Shown in pieces: positions 16,426 through 24,784 of a stretch of 24,784 bases of DNA (position 1 is the stretch's first letter; every line of letters begins with the position of its first letter). The DNA is from a virus (lineage: Duplodnaviria; Caudoviricetes). The stretch covers positions 1-24,784 of IMG/VR virus record IMGVR_UViG_3300017766_002592. One strand, 5' to 3'. Under the pieces are notes generated by a model. It searched no databases. It was not told the DNA's origin and was given only the letters and a program-made list of their open reading frames with translations. Made by a program: the position numbers and the translations under genes.

Positions 16426-17157
16426 TTATACCTTAAATGTAAATTCATATTCAATTTGTGGTTCGTTATACGGACCAACTTCTTCATTATATCTATCCTT
16501 CATAAATTTAGGATAAACTTCTCTTAGTATTTTGTCCATCTCAGCGAAAGCTGCACCCTTATCATAGTAACTCGATTTACCAGGATGATACATTGATACT
16601 TCATGCATCACACCAGCTTTTTGTTTTGTGATTGGTGAAAGAATGATATCAAACCCCCAACCACTTTTAACCTCGTGGTAATTCCAAAAATCCATTATAG
16701 TAGGTATCAATGATGAATGGAAAAAATTTCCCATGCCTTCATTAAAATTTGTTAAACTGTAACTATATCCAGGAATTTGATGAAGAATTTGATGCGTTGA
16801 TTCTGAGCCTGCAATAGTTGACATCTGAAACATCTTAATGTCTTTTTTAGTTGCAATCTCTAATGCTCTGTTGATACTTTGAATATCAGTAACCAAATCA
16901 TCGTCCCAAAAACCAATATAATCATAGTCTTTATAATCGAAGGTGTCAAGAAAATGTTTTGCTAAATCCCATTTAAATCCTGTGTCCCTAATTAAATGAT
17001 CATAGGTGTTTGGTTCGATATCAAAATCTTTATATTGATAAACGATTGTTTCATAATTCCGTTGAATACCATTTGTCTTACGCCAATGATTATCTTTATC
17101 ATAGGCATCATGGTAGTTGAGTGGTATTCCAACGGGGCAGAAGATTACATTTTTCAT
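16426..17157 (-). CDS. Putative GT-A glycosyltransferase (DUF707-like)
   Basis: GFKW, YDYIGFWDDDL (DxD), TNFNE, GWGFD and a late His match my recollection of the DUF707 pattern. Confidence 0.7.
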   Translation of the reverse strand: MKNVIFCPVGIPLNYHDAYDKDNHWRKTNGIQRNYETIVYQYKDFDIEPNTYDHLIRDTGFKWDLAKHFLDTFDYKDYDYIGFWDDDLVTDIQSINRALEIATKKDIKMFQMSTIAGSESTHQILHQIPGYSYSLTNFNEGMGNFFHSSLIPTIMDFWNYHEVKSGWGFDIILSPITKQKAGVMHEVSMYHPGKSSYYDKGAAFAEMDKILREVYPKFMKDRYNEEVGPYNEPQIEYEFTFKV

Positions 17158-17774
17158 TCTGGTCCCCCACGATTTAAATATGCTTTTATGTTGTCATCAA
17201 TCATTTGTTTCTCAATAATAAATGGTTCATCAAATATAGAACTTTCAGTAAAATTGGTGTTCAAATAAAAACTACTATTTTTACACACAACAGTATCTTT
17301 TGATGTTTTTCTTATTTGCTCGGATTCTTCTTCCATATATTTTAAACCATATAGAGAAAATTTTTCAATCCAATATTCTTTTGGTTTTTCATTGACATGA
17401 TGGTGACCACCTTGGCCGGGTGGTGCAGCTGATATAAAAATATATTTTCCTTTTTGAAAAAGAGGCATAAAATTTTCAATATATTTTTCTTCAACATGTT
17501 CTAAAAATTCTGTTGAATATACTAAATCGAATTTTTTTTCGAGTGTAAATGGTCCCTCTGTGAAATCGTGCAATAGAACATAATCTTTTTTTGGTAAATC
17601 TGGATCACCATCTATTCCAATAGCATATATTTTTTTGTAATTAGCGTATTCAACCATTCCAGCTGGGCCGCAACCAATATCTAATATTGATTTTATTTCA
17701 TATTTTTCAGTAATGAAATCAAAAGCGCTTCTCACCATCGCTGTAAATCCAAAATGACCGCCTAAATGACTCAT
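17154..17774 (-). CDS. Class I SAM-dependent methyltransferase
   Basis: ILDIGCGPAG, GIDGD, FDLVYSTEFLEHV, PGQGGHHHVNE; start set at ATG 17774 (ATGA overlap). Confidence 0.9.
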   Translation of the reverse strand: MSHLGGHFGFTAMVRSAFDFITEKYEIKSILDIGCGPAGMVEYANYKKIYAIGIDGDPDLPKKDYVLLHDFTEGPFTLEKKFDLVYSTEFLEHVEEKYIENFMPLFQKGKYIFISAAPPGQGGHHHVNEKPKEYWIEKFSLYGLKYMEEESEQIRKTSKDTVVCKNSSFYLNTNFTESSIFDEPFIIEKQMIDDNIKAYLNRGGPE

Positions 17775-18625
17775 GTATATTTTCTTTCTATAATTTGTTT
17801 CCATTCTGGTACTCTATCATATTGATGTACGATTGAAAACGGTGTACCATCACTTGTGCATACCATGTCATCTTTTAAAATTGGAGATTTCTCGACCAAT
17901 TTATTGGCATATTTTTCTGCGACCTGTAAACCTGTTGTTCCTAATTGAGCAGCATATCCATCTTCACTCATAGCAAAATTAGTAATATCTTTATATGGTT
18001 TCATATTCAATAATACATTAAGTGCAGCTTGATCTGGACCACCGCCTCCAGGAATTTGATGTGAAGTACTGTTTGATACCATAAAAATATTTAAGAAAAA
18101 ATCAAGCATTGTGTTAAAATCACCTGAAATAGTTCCTGCATTAAAAATCAAATTGTCTTTATTCTGTTCGTAGATATATGGACCAAAAGATTGAAATAGG
18201 TTATTATTTCCCCATTCTTCATCAATATATTTTATTGATTCACATGCCACATTAATTTTTTTATCTTTTATATTATTTTCAAGCCAAGTAATTGGATTTG
18301 TTTGAAATACAACATCCTTCACATCAGTTGTAACAATATATCTGTATTGTCCTTGAAATTTTTTTAAGAAATACCAAAGATGTAAAAACCTCTCAACAAC
18401 AATTGAGAAATTTTCTCTAAATTCAAATCTTTGTTTTTCTTCGTTGCGAGAAAATGCTAGAACGGTGTAATTTCTTTTTGAAAGTTCTTCGACTGTTGCA
18501 AAATCGATATTATAACAAATCATGGCTTTTACACCATCAAATCCACAATTATCTAATGAATTTACCCATGGTTTAATTTTTTCAAAATCATATCCAGTAA
18601 TACAACCAATCACAATGTCTTTCAT
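17771..18625 (-). CDS. Putative GT-A nucleotide-diphospho-sugar transferase
   Basis: TDVKDVVFQTNP (DxxD), NAGTISG, DQAALN and IVHQYDR are typical of GT-A fold enzymes; GGAG SD. Confidence 0.75.
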   Translation of the reverse strand: MKDIVIGCITGYDFEKIKPWVNSLDNCGFDGVKAMICYNIDFATVEELSKRNYTVLAFSRNEEKQRFEFRENFSIVVERFLHLWYFLKKFQGQYRYIVTTDVKDVVFQTNPITWLENNIKDKKINVACESIKYIDEEWGNNNLFQSFGPYIYEQNKDNLIFNAGTISGDFNTMLDFFLNIFMVSNSTSHQIPGGGGPDQAALNVLLNMKPYKDITNFAMSEDGYAAQLGTTGLQVAEKYANKLVEKSPILKDDMVCTSDGTPFSIVHQYDRVPEWKQIIERKYT

Positions 18626-18636
18626 AATAACTCCAA

Positions 18637-18960
18637 TTATTTTTTATATTCTTTAAATCCTAATATTTTAGATTGACCAGGAGTGTCCTTCATATAAGTT
18701 TTAAGTAACTCATCTGTACCCCATTGGCCAGCTCCAGATTTTGGTAAAATATCTGGACTAATTTTTTCATTTACACTTTTATGTAATTTTACACCAGTAA
18801 CATTTTGTATATGTTTCCAAGCATTTTTTGTGTCTTTATTTTTTATAAAAACTTTTAATTTTTCTTTTTGATCTTTATTGGCTTTTTGGTAAAACTTAAA
18901 CATTTCCATTGCACCAATATTACCAACATATGCTGCTTCATCTACTTTGCTTTTAAACAT
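18637..18960 (-). CDS. Hypothetical protein
   Basis: Start probably ATG 18960 (TAATG overlap, GAGG SD): MFKSKVDEAAYVGNIGAMEM...GAGQWGTDELLKTYMKDTPGQ. Confidence 0.65.
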   Translation of the reverse strand: MFKSKVDEAAYVGNIGAMEMFKFYQKANKDQKEKLKVFIKNKDTKNAWKHIQNVTGVKLHKSVNEKISPDILPKSGAGQWGTDELLKTYMKDTPGQSKILGFKEYKK

Positions 18961-19232
18961 TAACCCCTCGTCAAAGTAAGAATTTTCTGTATCTGTGATT
19001 CTAAAATAGCTTTTCGGTTTGGCCATTTTATAATTGGTTGATCAGAAGTTTTAAGTAATTTTGTGAGAAAAGGCATGATAATTTTTTCGACTTGTTCAAG
19101 TCTTGCTTTATATTCTTCCACAGTTTCATCTTTTTCTGTAATAACAGCATTATACTCTTCTTCCGATATAGCAGAAAAACCAAAATCGTCATCATCATAC
19201 TCTTCTATAATTTTATTTAAATCGTATGCCAT
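18960..19232 (-). CDS. Conserved hypothetical T4-like phage protein
   Basis: DDFGFSA...IMPFLTKL...IKWPNR; abuts the upstream stop. Confidence 0.75.
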   Translation of the reverse strand: MAYDLNKIIEEYDDDDFGFSAISEEEYNAVITEKDETVEEYKARLEQVEKIIMPFLTKLLKTSDQPIIKWPNRKAILESQIQKILTLTRG

Positions 19233-20459
19233 TTATTTGTCCCAATTCTTTGCAGCATTAAAGTTTGCTTGACTGAACTCTAGGCGGTCAACTAACTTAA
19301 CTGCATTACCTTTTAATCTATCTACCGCAACGAAACCTTCTGGTGCGGTAATTCTAAATCCTTTTTCTGTTTTTACAAATGTGCCAATTGATTTAACTGT
19401 TTCTAGTTTACGAACAATCATTAACTTGGCATCTACTAAAAAGTTTTGTAAATCAAATATAGCTCTCAATTGTGATGCATTTTGGCGAAAGAACCGCATG
19501 ATTTCTGTTTTAGCGGCAATTCGTTTTCTCTTTGTTTCTTCTTTCTTTACATCAGCAATATCTTTATTTAGCTTTGCTTCAACCCAACGAATCAATTCTA
19601 ATGTGTGCTGGTTTGTATTCGTAATCTTTTTACCTTCACGCACTTTTTGATTATTGAATGTTTTGATGTATGTTTTAATTACTTCATTGGTTGATATGCG
19701 ATTTAAAGTTGCAGATGAAATGCTTTGAAATGTGCGGCCTGCCATTGAAAGAATCATTGTAAGTTGTTTTGTTTCTTCTTCTGTAAATGTGGCAGAACCA
19801 GAGGTGTCAACAAAAGAAGCATCACGAAACCAAACATCTTTTGTATGTGTAAGGCCACCGATATCCACATTAAATGACGCCTTCATATCTTGCATCTTTT
19901 TACCTGTATATGATGTATGAAACACCACACCAACCTGAGCATCTAGCATTGACTTGGCTAGTTTTGTGTCAGATGGTACCGCATATACAATTGTGTTTGG
20001 CATAAAAGTGATGTATGATTCATCACCAATTATTTCTTTTTTAATGTCACCTTTTGTAAACATCATATCACCTTGCAAAACACCTTTGATACCAAGTTTT
20101 GGTAGATAGCGTAATGCAACTTTTAATTTTTGATTAAGGCCTTCTGAAGGATGGTTTTCATCAATATCATTTTCTGTGTAATTTAATTTTGGGCTGACAT
20201 TGAATACACCTTTAGTGCCAACAAAAAACTTACCATTTTCAGGATTATTACCTGCAAAAATAGCAGGAGCGCCATCCCATTTTGTCGTAACATTTATTTT
20301 GCTATCAGAGTTACCAGCTAGCATGTTGCGAAGTGATTGTAGAAAGTTGATAGCAGACTTGGCACCAGATACACCGAAGTTTAAAACTTCATCTTCAATG
20401 TGTTCAAGGTGAACATTCTTACCTTCTTTACCTTCTGTTAAGTATTCTGTGAAGTTCAT
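19233..20459 (-). CDS. Ligase-like nucleotidyltransferase-fold protein (DUF6267-like by recall)
   Basis: KNVHLEHIED, TKWDGAPA (KxDG), LQGD, PEGFVA and AVKLV align in order with ligase motifs I, III, IV and V; MNFTEYLTE start. Confidence 0.7.
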   Translation of the reverse strand: MNFTEYLTEGKEGKNVHLEHIEDEVLNFGVSGAKSAINFLQSLRNMLAGNSDSKINVTTKWDGAPAIFAGNNPENGKFFVGTKGVFNVSPKLNYTENDIDENHPSEGLNQKLKVALRYLPKLGIKGVLQGDMMFTKGDIKKEIIGDESYITFMPNTIVYAVPSDTKLAKSMLDAQVGVVFHTSYTGKKMQDMKASFNVDIGGLTHTKDVWFRDASFVDTSGSATFTEEETKQLTMILSMAGRTFQSISSATLNRISTNEVIKTYIKTFNNQKVREGKKITNTNQHTLELIRWVEAKLNKDIADVKKEETKRKRIAAKTEIMRFFRQNASQLRAIFDLQNFLVDAKLMIVRKLETVKSIGTFVKTEKGFRITAPEGFVAVDRLKGNAVKLVDRLEFSQANFNAAKNWDK

Positions 20460-21556
20460 TTTTTTATGCCACGGTATAACAATTTAAGTCCAACAAATGC
20501 ACCTAATTTGCCTTTTGTTTTTTGTTTTCTAAATTCGGAATCACTTCGTATAGTCATTAATAAAGTTACTGTATCTCTGCCAGATGTAACATCAATGAAC
20601 CATTCCTGAACAGAATTTGTATTTAAGTAAGCGTGAATCTTTGTTGCTCTAGGTAACATATCTACTAATGGGTCACCAGCCAACTGAAAGTTTGTTCTAA
20701 TTGCTTTAACTAAAATCAATGGAACTTCTTCACCTTTCTTTTCTAATCTAAACTCTTGGTCAATCCATTGCTTAGTTGCTTTAATATCATTGTTAATAAC
20801 TTCACATAACTTTTCACGACAAACTTTATTCATTACTCCATAAAGTCTATCGAATTCAGTTGGATCAGCCTCAAATAAATCCACCATTTTATCCATAATA
20901 ATTGGATTTGGTTTCGTTGCTTCTTTTTTACCAACAGATACAAAGTAATTATCAGCATTAACAGATTTTGGTAATGAAGGAATTTTAGAATATACTTTAG
21001 TCCATAACTCTTTCTTTAACTCAGGTACTGCTCTTGGTGCTGACTTTAACCACATTGGTTTAGTTAATGTGGTTTTCACATAACTATTCAATTTTGGTTC
21101 AGCAGACTTTTCTGAACCAGCTTTCAAAGAAATACCTGCACTTATAGGATATATTTTTTTATCTTTGAAAAAAATGAATACATCACCAGCATGATTAGAA
21201 GGAATACCTTTTGGTTTCTCTCTATATCCCCACATAACTTTTTCTATTGCTCTATTCTTATGTGTTCCAAATAAAAATTTCGTAATTGCATAAGCATTTT
21301 GAATTTTTTCTTTTTTCATATCTGGACGAATTCTGTCTTTTAGAACCACAAATTCTTTTCCAGCTTTAAGGTTACTATCAGTTACAAATGTTTTTTTAGA
21401 ATTTGGTGACGATAAATTTAGTTTATTAATAAAATTTTCCAAATCTTCTGGTGTTTTTGGATTGAAATTGTTATTAAAACACAAAGCAGGAAACAACTCT
21501 GTAATAGTAGAGTTAACTGTTGTTTGTTGACCGCCTGTTAAATATTTTACAGCCAT
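20456..21556 (-). CDS. Putative PD-(D/E)xK endonuclease-fold protein
   Basis: TITELFP...HAGDVFI...GISLKAG pattern (E...D...SxK variant); start ATG 21556 with GGAG SD. Confidence 0.55.
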   Translation of the reverse strand: MAVKYLTGGQQTTVNSTITELFPALCFNNNFNPKTPEDLENFINKLNLSSPNSKKTFVTDSNLKAGKEFVVLKDRIRPDMKKEKIQNAYAITKFLFGTHKNRAIEKVMWGYREKPKGIPSNHAGDVFIFFKDKKIYPISAGISLKAGSEKSAEPKLNSYVKTTLTKPMWLKSAPRAVPELKKELWTKVYSKIPSLPKSVNADNYFVSVGKKEATKPNPIIMDKMVDLFEADPTEFDRLYGVMNKVCREKLCEVINNDIKATKQWIDQEFRLEKKGEEVPLILVKAIRTNFQLAGDPLVDMLPRATKIHAYLNTNSVQEWFIDVTSGRDTVTLLMTIRSDSEFRKQKTKGKLGAFVGLKLLYRGIKK

Positions 21557-21583
21557 TAAATTCTCCAATTCATTTAGTAGGAG

Positions 21584-21591
21584 TATTTATC
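21584..21591 (-). promoter_or_regulatory. T4-type late promoter variant (GATAAATA)
   Basis: 7/8 match to consensus; intergenic, about 28 nt upstream of ATG 21556. Confidence 0.6.
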
Positions 21592-21600
21592 CTATCACAG

Positions 21601-22716
21601 TCACCTAATTATGTCAATAGGTTTATCACCAGTCCAAACTTCCATTTCTGTTCTTAAACGATTCTCGGCCTGAAGTGTTGCATATCTACTACAAGCCTTT
21701 TTCCTCCACCATTCTACTAGATTCACCAGGTAAAATTTATCATAGTTTTCTTTATCTTTAATCAGTTTGTCCGTTTTACCAAGAACCACATCTTTGAAGT
21801 TAGAGAACCCATAGTTAGAATAGTAATAGCGCTTTTGTTCAGTCAGGCCTTTAGCCTTCTCAATTGTATTCATAAATGAATCATAATCGTCTTTATTACT
21901 CTTTAATGCTGCCTTGGTCATAGCAATAATCGTGTTACTTATTTTCAGTTTACGAGAACTGGCATCGGCAGGCACAAACTCACCCACAATATCTTCAACA
22001 TAGTTCTTTAAATCTTCATATGGTTTGCCGTGCATCATTGGCAAAAAGTTTGATTCTGTTACACCACCAAATCGTAGATAAGGTTTCATACCATCGTACT
22101 GTGATACGGCTTTTGTGGTGCCATATAAACTGGTCGTTTCAAACAAGCAAGTATTCATATTATATTTTTTGTTCAACATCTCTCTTACTTCATGTGAACA
22201 ACAGATACCTGCAAGTAACTTTCCACCAAGATAATTGAAACCGAAAGGTTGTGCTGGTACGATTACGAATCCCATACCTGTGGCTTTGTTAAATGCTTTT
22301 GTCGTTTCTAGTTCATTGGTCATTACACAACCAAGAAGTTCGTTTCTTGGCTTCATCATAATCGTTGGTGAACCGACACGAATAAAACCAACCCACTTCT
22401 TTGTGTTTTTTTCCATTACTGCAAGGCGAAGGTTGCGACCAGGACTACTAAGGTTGTTATGTGATGAAATAATGTCCAAATATAATTGCCATCTAGCTGA
22501 TTCTAATTCAACAACTTCAAATTCCATATCTCGTGGGTTAATTGTGAATTCATCAAATAAATCAGTTTCTGGCCCACAACCTGGTAAAGAAAATGGCATT
22601 TCTGCAAGAGAGTTCAATTTCTGATCTCTCATATATTCATCAATTCGGTTAAAGTCACCAAAGTAATCCTCAAAAACCTTAGCACAATGTAAGGCCTGCT
22701 CATAATTTAAACTCAT
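21601..22716 (-). CDS. DUF4338/DruA-like protein
   Basis: PGRNLR, VPAQPFGFNYLGGKLLA, ETTSLYG and SQY match my recollection of DUF4338; ATGA-coupled to gp41. Confidence 0.7.
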   Translation of the reverse strand: MSLNYEQALHCAKVFEDYFGDFNRIDEYMRDQKLNSLAEMPFSLPGCGPETDLFDEFTINPRDMEFEVVELESARWQLYLDIISSHNNLSSPGRNLRLAVMEKNTKKWVGFIRVGSPTIMMKPRNELLGCVMTNELETTKAFNKATGMGFVIVPAQPFGFNYLGGKLLAGICCSHEVREMLNKKYNMNTCLFETTSLYGTTKAVSQYDGMKPYLRFGGVTESNFLPMMHGKPYEDLKNYVEDIVGEFVPADASSRKLKISNTIIAMTKAALKSNKDDYDSFMNTIEKAKGLTEQKRYYYSNYGFSNFKDVVLGKTDKLIKDKENYDKFYLVNLVEWWRKKACSRYATLQAENRLRTEMEVWTGDKPIDIIR

Positions 22717-24113
22717 ACTTTTAAGCCACTAAAGTTACGAAATTTAGTTTCACGATTACCAAATGTATTGATTGGTCCAGTATCTTCATCTTGACCCGAA
22801 TCAGTGATACCTTTCTGCGCCGATTCTTCAACATCATATAGCCGCATTTTTGACCGATCAACGCCCAATACAAATCTTTTATAAGAATTTGGGTCACCAT
22901 ATCTATTTTTTAATTGTTTGACCAGTATTTGATTTAAGCTTTCTAATTCTTCGTTTGTAATCAAAGCAAACATAAAGTCAGCTGTTGCAGGCAGACCAAA
23001 TGATTCACTTGTGTCTTCCAGTCCAGGATCGGAGTTAGAAAAACCACTTCTTGTAGTTTGAGTGGCTGAAACAATTGGTAAATTATTTTCAACAGCCAAA
23101 CCACGCAATTCTTCAGCAATAGATTTAATGTAAGTATAACTGTTCACATTACCGCCTGGTTTAATACGAGCAGAAGAACAGATGTTCAAATAATCAATAA
23201 AAATAATATCTGGTTTAAATGCTTTCTTTAATGCAAGTTCATTTAGCAGAGCACGAAAATGTAATGCAGAGGCCGATGCGGTTGGATACTCTTTGATGAT
23301 TAACTTGCCATGTGTCTTATTCTTTAAAGCACCAAATTTTCTTTCATAATCATCTTTACTCATAGTGTGTAGTTCATTGAAATTTACATTCAATAAATTA
23401 GCATCAATGCGCTCTGCAATTTTTTCTTCGGCCATTTCTAAAGTAATATACAATACATTGTGGCCTTGCGACAAACAAGAACCAGCCATATGACACATGA
23501 ACAATGACTTACCAACACCTGTGCCTGCAAGTGCGATGTTCAATGTTTTAACTGGCAGACCGCCTTTTGTAATCTTATTAAAAATGTCTAGGTCAAAACG
23601 AATACGAGATTCAACTCTATGATAAAAATCATATCGATTATCATAATCGTTTATATAATCGTGACCAACATTACTATCAAAAGAAACACCAAGAGCATCA
23701 GAAAGAAGTTTTGGAATTTCTCCTTTAGATTTTTTTCCATGTCTATCATCAAGAATCGATACTGATTCCATAATAGCATTGTAGATTGCTTTGTCTTGGC
23801 AAAATTTTTCGGTTTGTTCTACAATCCAATCTAATTCAACTTTTTCTTCTCGGTTTGAATGTATGTCTTTAATAAGATCAATTGCAGACTTTACTTGTGG
23901 CTCAGTAAAACTTTTACTTTCTGTAAAATTAATTATCAGAGCTTCTTGTGTTGGAAGGTTTTTATATTTGTTTACAAAATCAAAAACTTCTTTGAATACT
24001 ATTTTTTCTGTGTCATCTGAAAAATAGTCAGAACGAATGAATGGCAATACTTTTCTTGTGTATTCCTCATTATAAATCAAATTCTTCAGAATTATTTGTT
24101 CCAAACGGTTCAT
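22713..24113 (-). CDS. gp41: T4 gp41-like replicative DNA helicase (DnaB family)
   Basis: LAGTGVGKS (Walker A), ITLEM, IKEYPT, IFIDYLNI, SATQTTRSG, SESFGLPATAD, KQLKNRY. Confidence 0.97.
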   Translation of the reverse strand: MNRLEQIILKNLIYNEEYTRKVLPFIRSDYFSDDTEKIVFKEVFDFVNKYKNLPTQEALIINFTESKSFTEPQVKSAIDLIKDIHSNREEKVELDWIVEQTEKFCQDKAIYNAIMESVSILDDRHGKKSKGEIPKLLSDALGVSFDSNVGHDYINDYDNRYDFYHRVESRIRFDLDIFNKITKGGLPVKTLNIALAGTGVGKSLFMCHMAGSCLSQGHNVLYITLEMAEEKIAERIDANLLNVNFNELHTMSKDDYERKFGALKNKTHGKLIIKEYPTASASALHFRALLNELALKKAFKPDIIFIDYLNICSSARIKPGGNVNSYTYIKSIAEELRGLAVENNLPIVSATQTTRSGFSNSDPGLEDTSESFGLPATADFMFALITNEELESLNQILVKQLKNRYGDPNSYKRFVLGVDRSKMRLYDVEESAQKGITDSGQDEDTGPINTFGNRETKFRNFSGLKV

Positions 24114-24429
24114 CTAAGTTTTTCTCTTTTTTAAGAAAGTTTTTATCAAAAATTGATACTAATATGTCACCCATAATTGTAACAAATTTTTCGTTATCAT
24201 GCAAGGCTTTTACTTCATATTTACCTGAATTCTCTATTACATAGTCGAATTGTAAACGTGGTATATCATTATCTGGTGCAATACCTACTTTACCATAATG
24301 AAAAACCACATCTTTAAATTTACCTTTTAAAATTTGAACTGAAGTAATTTTTTCTACACCATCAGAGTCGAATAAAGTGTAGTCAACACCTTCTATTGGC
24401 CATTTCTTTTCTTTAGACCATAGTTTCAT
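24070..24429 (-). CDS. gp40-like head vertex assembly chaperone (putative)
   Basis: Occupies the T4 gene 40 position between uvsX and 41; similar size; FHYGKV...LQFDY...MGDIL; GGAGG SD. Confidence 0.55.
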   Translation of the reverse strand: MKLWSKEKKWPIEGVDYTLFDSDGVEKITSVQILKGKFKDVVFHYGKVGIAPDNDIPRLQFDYVIENSGKYEVKALHDNEKFVTIMGDILVSIFDKNFLKKEKNLDEPFGTNNSEEFDL

Positions 24430-24438
24430 TTTTCCTCC

Positions 24439-24784
24439 TTAAGCATCTTCAACTTCTTCTAAAACAGCAGTTTCTCCCATAATGTTTCCATAAGCAATTC
24501 CATATTTTTGATTTACGAAGTCTTTGAATTTTTCGTCTTTCAATAATGGTAACATGAAATCATCTGATTGAGTAGCTTCAAACCTTACTTTGTCGCCTAT
24601 TTCACCACTTTTTTGGTCGACTTTTGCATACCAGCCCGGAGATGGTTTAGATAGAAACCCACCTTCAATGGCAATATCCACAAGGCCAGAATACTTTTGG
24701 ATACCACCATCAAAAGATACGCTGATAGGAATCTTAGACTTTTCTTTAACATAACGAGATTTCTCCACATTGATAATAAAATTG
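24439..24784 (-). CDS. uvsX: RecA-like recombinase, C-terminal part (starts beyond the right edge)
   Basis: NFIINVEKSRYVKEKSKIPISVSFDGGIQKYSGLVDIA...KPSPGWY is the UvsX C-terminal signature. Confidence 0.93.
   Translation of the reverse strand, partial: NFIINVEKSRYVKEKSKIPISVSFDGGIQKYSGLVDIAIEGGFLSKPSPGWYAKVDQKSGEIGDKVRFEATQSDDFMLPLLKDEKFKDFVNQKYGIAYGNIMGETAVLEEVEDA

Noticed and set aside
209-24244. All plus-strand ORFs in the track
   Set aside because: They lie antisense to well-supported, tightly tiled minus-strand genes, have Ser/Phe/Leu-rich shadow composition and show no recognisable motifs.
1-24784. Stop-codon reassignment
   Set aside because: Core genes are full length in the standard code, and TAA, TAG and TGA all end genes at expected positions.
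1-24784. Introns, inteins or homing endonucleases in nrdA, thyX, primase or helicase
   Set aside because: Lengths are typical and motifs contiguous; no HNH, GIY-YIG or LAGLIDADG motifs seen in the visible parts.
1-24784. CRISPR array, tRNA or large ncRNA
   Set aside because: Intergenic gaps are at most about 60 nt; no spaced repeat array or cloverleaf found. The only notable repeat has two copies and is coding.

Overview
AT-rich, densely coding segment of a large T4-like (Tevenvirinae-like) dsDNA phage. All credible genes are on the minus strand and read in the standard code; spanins imply a Gram-negative host. In transcription order (right to left): uvsX (3' part), a gp40-like gene, gp41 helicase, a DUF4338/DruA-like gene, a putative PD-(D/E)xK nuclease, an RNA/DNA-ligase-like protein, a six-gene modification cassette (2 glycosyltransferase-like, 3 SAM methyltransferases, 1 radical SAM), an 835-aa HxGH nucleotidyltransferase/P-loop kinase fusion, a block of probable virion and internal-head proteins, a lysis cluster (embedded Rz/Rz1 spanins, GH19 endolysin, holin candidates), gp61 primase, thyX and the 5' part of nrdA. 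The most notable pattern: six proteins, including the ligase-like and NTase-kinase enzymes, begin with a motif like the T4 capsid-targeting sequence ending in an (I/L)-X-E prohead-protease site, and several have internal EEVEQIxE linkers. This suggests a set of head-packaged, processed, injected enzymes. Also seen: a probable overprinted gene, an 11-codon ORF bridging two ATGA overlaps, and a probably leaderless primase mRNA. All family assignments come from motif recognition and recall; no database searches were run.
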